Shown: one piece after another, positions 56,723-64,000 of the stretch
Layout of the letters: each line of letters opens with the position of its first letter
Numbering within the stretch: the first letter of the stretch is position 1
IMG/VR virus record: IMGVR_UViG_3300020390_000003
Coordinates: 8,458 to 72,457 of that record
DNA: 64,000 nt
Source of the DNA: a virus
Direction: 5' to 3' (one strand)
Made by a program: the position numbers and the translations under genes
The notes under the pieces: generated by a model
Database searches by the model: none
What the model was told of the DNA's origin: nothing
Seen by the model: the letters and a program-made list of their open reading frames with translations, nothing else

Positions 56723-56974
56723 TTAAGAAAGTGTTATGGTGGCATCTACTTTAACAATCGATTGGTCATACTGGCTTTTGATCTGCTTTTCGGATTGCAC
56801 AAAACAAGGCTCATCTACCATCCAATAATTTTTATTTTCGGTGTCAATAATGAGGCGATCTGCAGTATTGTTTTCGTCAGCGACACAATCCGGAAGCTTG
56901 GTGTAACCTTGCGTCACCAAGTCTCGCTTGGTATTGTTAAGGCCCTCATTAGTGGTTAAAAATCTATTCTTCAT
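56723..56974 (-). CDS. Hypothetical protein
   Basis: ORF in operon. Confidence 0.55.
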   Translation of the reverse strand: MKNRFLTTNEGLNNTKRDLVTQGYTKLPDCVADENNTADRLIIDTENKNYWMVDEPCFVQSEKQIKSQYDQSIVKVDATITLS

Positions 56975-57272
56975 CGTATTGTGGGTTTTTGGGATTTTTA
57001 ATGAACTCTTGAAAATCCTTCTTCAGAATATGGAAGGCGTTACCAATCTTCACCGCTTTTAATTTTGGGGTGCTGGGATATTTGTTAGGATATAAATATG
57101 AATTGATATAGCGTATTACCGTTTGACGGTGATTTCCTAGCAATTTTGCTGCTTCAATAACGCTGATCAATTCGGTATCATCGTTTTTCTTTAAGTCTTG
57201 TAATCGCTTAGATAAATTTTCTACAAATTCATCATCAATCTCGATAAGATCGCTTGCTTTATACTTAGTCAT
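56964..57272 (-). CDS. HTH_17 / excisionase-like protein
   Basis: LISVIEAAKLLGNHRQTVIRYI...LKAVKIGNAFHI. Confidence 0.78.
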   Translation of the reverse strand: MTKYKASDLIEIDDEFVENLSKRLQDLKKNDDTELISVIEAAKLLGNHRQTVIRYINSYLYPNKYPSTPKLKAVKIGNAFHILKKDFQEFIKNPKNPQYDEE

Positions 57273-57274
57273 AA

Positions 57275-58009
57275 TTAAAAGGGTCTGAGGTTGAAATCTA
57301 TTTTAAGTCCGGTGCGTGCTACGTGCACTGTTTTACCGGTTTGGTTTTCTGTTAATCGTTTGAATTTTTTCTCGTCGCTATTACGGTCTGATAAATGCGT
57401 GAGCACAATATTATTAGTCTGCGTGAGGTTGTTTTTTCTGAGTAGATCAAGGCAATTTTCTATGCTTAAGTGACTACTCATAACGCGGTTGCGCAGCATC
57501 ATATTCACATCGTCATAGGTTTGCTTACCGTCTATGATCTCCTGGCTATAATTGGCTTCAATAATCCAGTTGTTTACGCCGGCGAAACGCCAAGGGGAAT
57601 AGAACGTATCTGTAATGAAAACAACTTTACCGCATTCTGGGTGTTTGATTAAAAAACCTAAGCAGGGCACATCGTGACGCAATTCAAACGGCATAATTTT
57701 AAAACTGCCTACTTGATACGGTTTTTTAGGTTCAACAATTTTGAAGCGGTGGCTTGTAAGGCCTGTTGCTTTAAAAGTATCGGCTCCGGAATAGACGTTG
57801 ATGCCACACTCAATTGCATCTTTAATTGCTTTAGCGTGATCCCCGTGTGAATGCGAGACTAAAGCGCCATTTATTTTAGACAAATCATAATCTAACGCTT
57901 TTTTGATGCGCTTAAATTGAACTCCTAACTCAATTAAGAGCACATCTGTATCGTTACTTAATAAATAGCTGTTGCCTTGACTTCCTGAGCCGATAACTTG
58001 TAACTGCAT
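57275..58009 (-). CDS. MBL-fold metallo-hydrolase (recombination nuclease)
   Basis: GSGSQGNSY, SHSHGDH, HDV, TDT, IEANY, HLS. Confidence 0.9.
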   Translation of the reverse strand: MQLQVIGSGSQGNSYLLSNDTDVLLIELGVQFKRIKKALDYDLSKINGALVSHSHGDHAKAIKDAIECGINVYSGADTFKATGLTSHRFKIVEPKKPYQVGSFKIMPFELRHDVPCLGFLIKHPECGKVVFITDTFYSPWRFAGVNNWIIEANYSQEIIDGKQTYDDVNMMLRNRVMSSHLSIENCLDLLRKNNLTQTNNIVLTHLSDRNSDEKKFKRLTENQTGKTVHVARTGLKIDFNLRPF

Positions 58010-58012
58010 ACT

Positions 58013-58900
58013 TTAAAAGGTTCTTTTGGGTTCTGCGGTATCTTCTGCCTTGGCTTGTGGTTCGGGTTTTGCTTCTTCTTGAACCTCTGGTTCGTGAACT
58101 TCTTCAGCATCAATATCAAGGATCTCACCATTGGCGTTTTCGTCAATCTCGTGCTGCACATTCTCTTTGGTGTAATCCAAGTTTTTATCCTCATCATCAT
58201 AAAGGATTTTATCATCAGATGAGCGAATGAGTAATTTACACGCGCGATTGATCACGGTTTTTATTGCCATTTGATCAGGGAATTTCTTATGCGCCGGACT
58301 TTTTCCATTGGTTGCGCCTTGCTCCCAAGATGCTTGTATTTGGCTCATATTCATAATCTCTGTGTCAACCGTGCCGTCATTCAATTCATAAATAGCATAG
58401 GCACCAAGAATGGTGTCTGCACCAATACTTTCTAAAGTTTGCTTGTGCTTGGTTACTTTACGGCGACCGGTAGCGGCATCAATTTCAAACTCAAAATCAT
58501 CACCTTTCATAATACAAACGGCTTTGATTGATTTTAAACCGCCATAGCGTTTTGCAATTGCGATATTACCGGTGTAAGCAACACTTGCTTCAAGAGTAGC
58601 ACCATAAGGAATGTAATAGACTTGACCTTTTAAGGGTGAAAGGCCCCATACAACTGTTTTAAGTAAAGCATTTGCAATACTTGCTTGAGAACAAGATTGT
58701 AATATAGGGTTGCCATTCTTGTCTTTTTGCTCCCCTAAAATAAGTTGAGCCGACTTTAAGGCGTTTTCCGGACTATAATCTGCAGGAAGTTTTAATTCAC
58801 CTGACTTTTGAAAGGCATCTACTTTTTTAAGGACCAGCGCCGTGATCTCTGACTGTTTAGCAACTGCTGTTGACTGTTTTTTTTGATCTTGGGTACTCAT
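58013..58900 (-). CDS. recT: RecT-family single-strand annealing recombinase
   Basis: CSQASIANALL...GLSP..Q.YYIPYG; FPDQMAIKTVINRACK. Confidence 0.9.
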   Translation of the reverse strand: MSTQDQKKQSTAVAKQSEITALVLKKVDAFQKSGELKLPADYSPENALKSAQLILGEQKDKNGNPILQSCSQASIANALLKTVVWGLSPLKGQVYYIPYGATLEASVAYTGNIAIAKRYGGLKSIKAVCIMKGDDFEFEIDAATGRRKVTKHKQTLESIGADTILGAYAIYELNDGTVDTEIMNMSQIQASWEQGATNGKSPAHKKFPDQMAIKTVINRACKLLIRSSDDKILYDDEDKNLDYTKENVQHEIDENANGEILDIDAEEVHEPEVQEEAKPEPQAKAEDTAEPKRTF

Positions 58901-59214
58901 AACTATTAGTCTGTTTTTCCGTTAATAATAAATTCATAGGCCATATCTGCTTCTTTAATTGCAGTTTCCATAGTTTTATCACTTCCATCGGAATTTTTAC
59001 TCCTTATGGCTAGTGATAGGCAATCTTTTCTAATCGATGCTTTTTCTTCCTCTGTGAATTTGTTGGTACTCATAACTACTGTTTAAAAATTATTGGTTCT
59101 TGATTTACCTGTTTACCGTCTTGATAGAGGTATAATTTGGCTTTCTTTTTTGCTCTCGATATGGGAGCGAATTGCGAGTTTTTACGTGCGTTGCTCATTG
59201 CTGTTTGTTAAGGG

Positions 59215-59586
59215 TTAAAATTTTGGACCGCCGTTTAACTCAAGTGCGATTTTTTCATCACACTCTCGAATAGCAGAATTAGTTTCTTTGATTTTCTGGT
59301 AGAAGTCTTGTTGTTTTTCAAATATGGCCTTCATTTTAGCATCAAGACTTTTTCTTTGCGCTTCTAAAGCATCAAGCTTGTTGAGAAAAAATGTGTATTT
59401 CCATCTTGTTGATTCAAATGTCCATCGCGTATCATCCCCTTGTTCTAAAGTGAAGTAATCAGTATCTCCCCACCGTATTTTTTCTTTAGACAAATCAGAT
59501 ATCGTAAATAGCTCAGGATCTGATTCTAATCGGTGCTTGTAAATTGTATCACCTATTCTAAGGTCTTTAATTACTTTTCTAGCCAT
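59215..59586 (-). CDS. Hypothetical protein
   Basis: ORF in operon. Confidence 0.6.
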   Translation of the reverse strand: MARKVIKDLRIGDTIYKHRLESDPELFTISDLSKEKIRWGDTDYFTLEQGDDTRWTFESTRWKYTFFLNKLDALEAQRKSLDAKMKAIFEKQQDFYQKIKETNSAIRECDEKIALELNGGPKF

Positions 59587-59588
59587 AA

Positions 59589-61604
59589 CTATTCTACTTT
59601 AAATGGGGTGGTGCCTTTTTCTACGATAAGCTGTACTTGCTGGCTATCGGTGGTTGGGATCTCGGTGATCGATTCAGCACCGTCAATGAAAATAGGCGCG
59701 TTTACCTCATAGAATTTGCATAAGGTGTTGATGATGTCAAGCCCTGCTTTGATCTTTCCGGCGGTGTTCACATCGTTAAAGGGAACGCCTTTATACGTAC
59801 AAATACACGCAGGAATTTGTGTACCGTCAACGAGTTCGCTAAACATTTTAAACTTCACATGTTCAAAATGAGTATTTACCAGGTCCTCAACGCGGCTGTA
59901 TTTTGCAGTCTCAAACTCTTTAATACGGTCTTGCTCACGCTCAGTATCAGCGAGTTCTTGCGCATTCTCTTTTTCTTCCTGCTCTAATTCGGCTACGCGC
60001 GTGTCAATAGCTTCAATCTTTGCTTTGTCTGCCAATTGCGTTTTTAAAGCATCAATCTTGGTCTGAATGTCTCTGCGTTCTTCCTTATATTTTTCGGTAT
60101 CTACGCCTTTTTGATTGTTCAACGCTTCATCTAGTTCTTCAATGCGTTTAAGATTCGCTTGGTAGGTTTTATTACCGGCTAAAGCCTTTTTCACTTCCTC
60201 ATCAGCATCGGGCTTGTGAATCGGTTGTTCTTTAGCAGCATCTAGTTCGGTTTTTAAGGAAGCAACGCGGTCCTGCTCTTTTTTAAGATGTTCTTCTCCT
60301 TCAGTTACACGCTTTTGCAAATCTGCAACTGCCTTTTCAAGTTGGATTTGCTGTTCTTTAAGTGCGCTGCCTTCTTTATTAATGGCATCTAGTGCGGTTT
60401 TCTTGTCCTTGATAAAATCAGCACGCATTTTTTCTTTCTGCGCTTCCTCATCATCTGCTTTGATAGGCTGGCCGCAAGTAGGGCAATCAAAATCACCATC
60501 TTTAAATTCTAACTCCTTAGCATTCTCCTTATCCCATTCTTCACCTTTAGCTTTACGCTTTTGCTTTACGGACTCAAGCGTGGCTTCATTTGTCTTGATC
60601 TCAGACTGTAAACCTTCAATGCCACGGGTGAATTTTAAAACTTTGCTTTCTGCTTCTGTTAGGTTTTCTTTAATTGCTGCGGTAGGATCTACAATTTTTG
60701 AAAGTTGGGTTTGTACTTCTTGCTTGGTGTCAAACTCAATATCTTGGTTCGCGCTGCGCAGTTTTGATTTTTCGCTGCGGAAACCTTCATACTTTTTATG
60801 AAGCTCGTTTGCAGTCTTATTTACATCAGCAATTTTATCATCTACTTTGGTAAGCAATTCTTGGTTATGCTCAATATCTTTCTGAATTGCATCAAAATCT
60901 TTGCTTTCCGGCTTTTGGCGCAATTGCTCATCTATACGCTGCGGAATACCGGCCTTATCATTTTTCAGCTTATTGATGCTGTGCTTGATCTGACTCTTAT
61001 ATTCTTCTAGCGACTTTGATTTTAGCTGAAGCATCAATTCTTCAAAAGCAGGATTGCCTTTTGCTACGCTTTCATTAGTCACCTCGCCTTCAAGCTGAAT
61101 AAGCATTTCGCGTTGTTTTTCCCAATGTAGATTGTTGAAGGCATATGGGTCTGTGATGCGTTTAAAAACGTCCTCGGGAATGATCTGGCTTATTTTAGCA
61201 TCAAAATCTTTCTTTTTGAGTGGCACATCATTAAAATAGTACTCCGTTTTATTGCCTTCATAGGTACGCTCTGTGGCGCCGCTTTTCTTCACCCATTTTT
61301 CAACGAGCACGCGCTTAACGCTTGTAGGTTCGTCATTAATAAGCAACTGAGCTTCTACACTGTGCTCAACGCGGCTAATGATCTCGCCGGTGCCTTCAAT
61401 ATCTATGGTTTTTATAGCGAAGTTGTTATCGCTGTTGCCGTGGCTGTCTTTGCCAAAAAACAACCACGTGAAGGCGTCAAATAAGGTGGACTTTCCGGTC
61501 CCATTATCACCTTTGATTAAAACTATGTCTTTTTTAAACTCAATAGAGCGATTTCTTATTCCTTTAAAATAATTTAAGTTTAGTTTTTCTAGTACAATTT
61601 TCAT
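59589..61604 (-). CDS. SMC/Rad50-like ATPase
   Basis: LNYFKG, GDNGTGKST Walker A, coiled coil with CPTC hook, PIFIDGAES. Confidence 0.9.
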   Translation of the reverse strand: MKIVLEKLNLNYFKGIRNRSIEFKKDIVLIKGDNGTGKSTLFDAFTWLFFGKDSHGNSDNNFAIKTIDIEGTGEIISRVEHSVEAQLLINDEPTSVKRVLVEKWVKKSGATERTYEGNKTEYYFNDVPLKKKDFDAKISQIIPEDVFKRITDPYAFNNLHWEKQREMLIQLEGEVTNESVAKGNPAFEELMLQLKSKSLEEYKSQIKHSINKLKNDKAGIPQRIDEQLRQKPESKDFDAIQKDIEHNQELLTKVDDKIADVNKTANELHKKYEGFRSEKSKLRSANQDIEFDTKQEVQTQLSKIVDPTAAIKENLTEAESKVLKFTRGIEGLQSEIKTNEATLESVKQKRKAKGEEWDKENAKELEFKDGDFDCPTCGQPIKADDEEAQKEKMRADFIKDKKTALDAINKEGSALKEQQIQLEKAVADLQKRVTEGEEHLKKEQDRVASLKTELDAAKEQPIHKPDADEEVKKALAGNKTYQANLKRIEELDEALNNQKGVDTEKYKEERRDIQTKIDALKTQLADKAKIEAIDTRVAELEQEEKENAQELADTEREQDRIKEFETAKYSRVEDLVNTHFEHVKFKMFSELVDGTQIPACICTYKGVPFNDVNTAGKIKAGLDIINTLCKFYEVNAPIFIDGAESITEIPTTDSQQVQLIVEKGTTPFKVE

Positions 61605-62239
61605 TTTCTAAAATCTTTATTAGTGAATGCTTTTTTTAAAGGCCATCCTGCTTTTAGCCTGTATTTTAGTTTTGAATATTCAACCCCTGTAAGCCTAGAC
61701 CATTCTGCTAAAGTTTTTCTTTGACCTAAGTATGTTATATGTCTATTGTTAATTTTGTTATTAGCTTGAGAAATATCACTAGCCCATTTACAATTATTTG
61801 GTTCATAGTTGCCATTGTTATCAATTCGTTCGATTGACAGTGTTTTATGGTAATGGTTTTTTAAGGCCCAATCTCTAAATGCTTTAAAAGAGTTCCATTC
61901 GGCGCAGACACGTATCCCTCTACCGCCATACCTATCATAGCTTTTATGTTTTGGATTGCTGCATCTTTGACGCATTGCAATCCATATATTGTACAGTCTG
62001 GTTTTTTTACCTCTATTAGCATAGCCGTGTTTCTTGTTCCTTTTCTTTGTAGATTCTCTTTTTTTACAGCCACAACTTTTTGAGTTACCTGATCTTAAAG
62101 AACAACCGATGACTATAAGTTTTGTGCCGCAGTCACAAACACAATTCCAAGTGACTTGCTTTCGAGGTGTTCTTCCAGCAATATCTATTACAGATAATTT
62201 TCCATATTTTTTACCTGATATATCTACTATTTTAGACAT
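61601..62239 (-). CDS. HNH-type homing endonuclease-like protein
   Basis: WNCVCDCG, SKSCGC, W.AMRQRC, YGGRGIRVC, SIERIDNNGNYEPNNCKW. Confidence 0.85.
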   Translation of the reverse strand: MSKIVDISGKKYGKLSVIDIAGRTPRKQVTWNCVCDCGTKLIVIGCSLRSGNSKSCGCKKRESTKKRNKKHGYANRGKKTRLYNIWIAMRQRCSNPKHKSYDRYGGRGIRVCAEWNSFKAFRDWALKNHYHKTLSIERIDNNGNYEPNNCKWASDISQANNKINNRHITYLGQRKTLAEWSRLTGVEYSKLKYRLKAGWPLKKAFTNKDFRK

Positions 62240-62296
62240 AGCGCAATTGTAAGCTTTGTAAAATGATTGTGGTATTTCCCATTGTGGTATGCGGTT

Positions 62297-62593
62297 TTAA
62301 GTGGTTTGATTTTCTCGTGCTTTAAGCATTGCATCTGCTAGTTTATAACTATGCTTTGCTTGGTTATTCAAGGAATGATCAGATAGAAGCATTGGGTTGC
62401 CACTTCCAGGATTAGCACAGGAGGCTAATATTCCTTGCATAGCCTTAGCAGCGAAATAGTCTCTAAGTGTCATTCCTTCTTGTAAAAAGTCGTCATCTGC
62501 AGCACATGCAAAAGCTTGTGGATTTTGTGGTTTTTTTGAAGGTGAAGGGTAGCTAGGTTTTTTACTCCCTTCGGGTGGCCTTTCGTTTTTCAT
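62297..62593 (-). CDS. Conserved phage protein (GMTLRDYFAAKAMQG family)
   Basis: GMTLRDYFAAKAMQG...SYKLADAMLKAR. Confidence 0.75.
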   Translation of the reverse strand: MKNERPPEGSKKPSYPSPSKKPQNPQAFACAADDDFLQEGMTLRDYFAAKAMQGILASCANPGSGNPMLLSDHSLNNQAKHSYKLADAMLKARENQTT

Positions 62594-62844
62594 TACTTCA
62601 AGAGTGTTATGTTAAACTGGTTTTCGATTTTCTCGATCTCTGCGGCGAGTTCCTGCGTGTACGTGGGGCTTTTGACAAATACAGGCTTTGTCTCTGCAAC
62701 CGTTACCCAACCGCCTGATTTGAGGCGTATAGAAAACTTTACGATTGTTGCTAGATTAGGCTTGGTTAAATACTCGTGATGATATTCTCTACCATCAGGA
62801 AGGTTGCCAAATTGATTAGTGGCTTTTGTTCTGAGTTGTGCCAT
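62593..62844 (-). CDS. Hypothetical protein
   Basis: ORF in operon. Confidence 0.55.
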   Translation of the reverse strand: MAQLRTKATNQFGNLPDGREYHHEYLTKPNLATIVKFSIRLKSGGWVTVAETKPVFVKSPTYTQELAAEIEKIENQFNITLLK

Positions 62845-62864
62845 AGAATTAAAATGTTTCCCGG

Positions 62865-62999
62865 TTAATGTTTAAATGTTCTGTTTTGCACGTAAAGCGA
62901 GTAGATTACAGCGATTTGCCCAATAATTAGGACTGCCCAAAGAACGATAAACCATAGCGGTAGGTCGATATTGAGTATTAAATTACCGTCTTGTACCAT
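62865..62999 (-). CDS. 44-aa single-TM membrane peptide
   Basis: MVQDGNLILNIDLPLWFIVLWAVLIIGQIAVIYSLYVQNRTFKH, translated by hand. Confidence 0.5.
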   Translation of the reverse strand: MVQDGNLILNIDLPLWFIVLWAVLIIGQIAVIYSLYVQNRTFKH

Positions 63000-63163
63000 T
63001 ATTTATAAGGTTTTTGAATTGTGTTGTAACGTTTCTGTGTAATTTTGCACTAATGTGTAAAACAGGATATAATTGAATAACAAATTTAGTCAAATATTGG
63101 ACTTTCTGTATTTAAAAAGTACAAAATGTTACTCTTTTTGATTATTTAAAACCATTCCAAATA

Positions 63164-63847
63164 ATGAATGCGAATACTGTAAAACATCTACGTAAAGCAC
63201 TAGGCCTTAGTCAGACTGAATTTGCTGCTAAATTAGGGGTGTCAAAGAATACGATTATTAATTACGAGAAGGGTGGTACAATTCCGGCAACTAAAAGTGC
63301 AATATTGGAAGATTTGTACCAAAAAACGTTTAATCCGGAGCAAGGTGTAAATGAAGTTGGTGATGCTTATGCGGTTAAAATGCTTAATGCAGACGAAATG
63401 CGTTTTAAAATGGTTCCGTTGCTAGGCCATCGCGCACAAGCAGGTTTTCTTTCCGGTTGGGGTGATGCAGAATATATTGAGGACCTACCGAAAATTCCGT
63501 GGGAAGTAGATCGTGAGTACAAGGGAAATTATTTGTGCTTTGAAGTTGATGGGGATAGTATGGATAACAATAATCCGGTAGAGGCTATTCTTGAGAAAGA
63601 TATTTTATTGTGTAGGGAAGTGCAAAAGCAGCATTGGCGAAATAAGCTGCATATTAATAAGTGGGATTTTGTGATCGCGCACCGTGAGCGTGGGGTAGTA
63701 GTAAAAAGAATTACTGAGCACAATGTAGAAACGGGAGAATTGACACTTCACAGCTTAAATGACCTCTATGCTGACTACACAGTGAATCTGGATGATGTGG
63801 TCGCCTTGTTTAATGTGGTTGATTTAAAGCGATCTAGGAGACGATAA
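63164..63847 (+). CDS. CI-like repressor (XRE HTH plus S24 peptidase)
   Basis: LRKALGLSQTEFAAKLGVSKNTIINYEKG; AQAG cleavage site; VDGDSM catalytic Ser; VVKR catalytic Lys. Confidence 0.92.
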   Translation: MNANTVKHLRKALGLSQTEFAAKLGVSKNTIINYEKGGTIPATKSAILEDLYQKTFNPEQGVNEVGDAYAVKMLNADEMRFKMVPLLGHRAQAGFLSGWGDAEYIEDLPKIPWEVDREYKGNYLCFEVDGDSMDNNNPVEAILEKDILLCREVQKQHWRNKLHINKWDFVIAHRERGVVVKRITEHNVETGELTLHSLNDLYADYTVNLDDVVALFNVVDLKRSRRR

Positions 63848-63849
63848 GA

Positions 63850-63927
63850 TGTTGGGAAAGTGTCGGGAAAATAGAGGTGTAAAACTAAAAAACCCCTGCG
63901 TTAACAGGGGTTTAGGTGAAATGTTAG
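63850..63927. promoter_or_regulatory. Prophage attachment junction / terminator
   Basis: Tandem TGTYGGGAAA (63850-63859, 63861-63870); inverted repeat AAACCCCTG/CAGGGGTTT (63890-63913) next to tRNA 3' end. Confidence 0.55.
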
Positions 63928-64000
63928 TGACCTCGGCAGGATTCAAACCTGCAACCTTCTGAGCCGTAATCAGATGCGCTATTCAGTTGCGCCACGAGGC
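63928..64000 (-). tRNA. tRNA-Arg(ACG), first base cut off by window edge; probable integration target
   Basis: Reverse complement GCCTCGTGGCGCAACTGAATAGCGCATCTGATTACGGCTCAGAAGGTTGCAGGTTTGAATCCTGCCGAGGTCA. Confidence 0.95.

Larger units (their letters stand above)
1..63927. mobile_element. Prophage (temperate, podovirus/crAss-like morphogenesis module); left end lies outside the window
   Basis: Contiguous terminase, portal, capsid, tail, lysis, RecT and CI-like genes ending at the 3' end of a tRNA gene; no host housekeeping genes. Confidence 0.9.

Noticed and set aside
1-64000. Stop-codon reassignment as in some crAss-like phages
   Set aside because: Standard code gives dense intact ORFs, all three stops are used, and no suppressor tRNA is present

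Overview
The window is almost entirely a large temperate phage (prophage), most likely of a Bacteroidota (Flavobacteriaceae-like) host: promoters are of the TAnnTTTG type, starts are A-rich without Shine-Dalgarno sequences, and a DUF3127-like SSB is present. Its right end abuts a tRNA-Arg(ACG), the probable attachment site, with a CI-like repressor next to it; no intact integrase lies in the window. Plus-strand late modules encode a short-tailed, crAss/Cellulophaga-podovirus-like virion: tail spike, lysis cassette, terminase, portal, scaffold, capsid, ring proteins, tail stabilisation protein and three ejection proteins, including a 2345-aa polyvalent protein with an ART-like domain. These modules alternate with minus-strand blocks of small genes, and each module starts with a conserved AT-rich promoter. 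A long minus-strand early operon carries SMC-like ATPase, RecT, MBL nuclease, SSB and replication genes. The most striking feature is at 37.4-39.7 kb: an integron-like cassette array. It has an internally deleted tyrosine-recombinase gene, an attI-like site, four AAC...GTT palindromic attC-like sites and four cassettes with self-complementary ends. One attC-like site carries a promoter and two genes inside its loop. All family assignments come from motif recognition by eye, not database searches.
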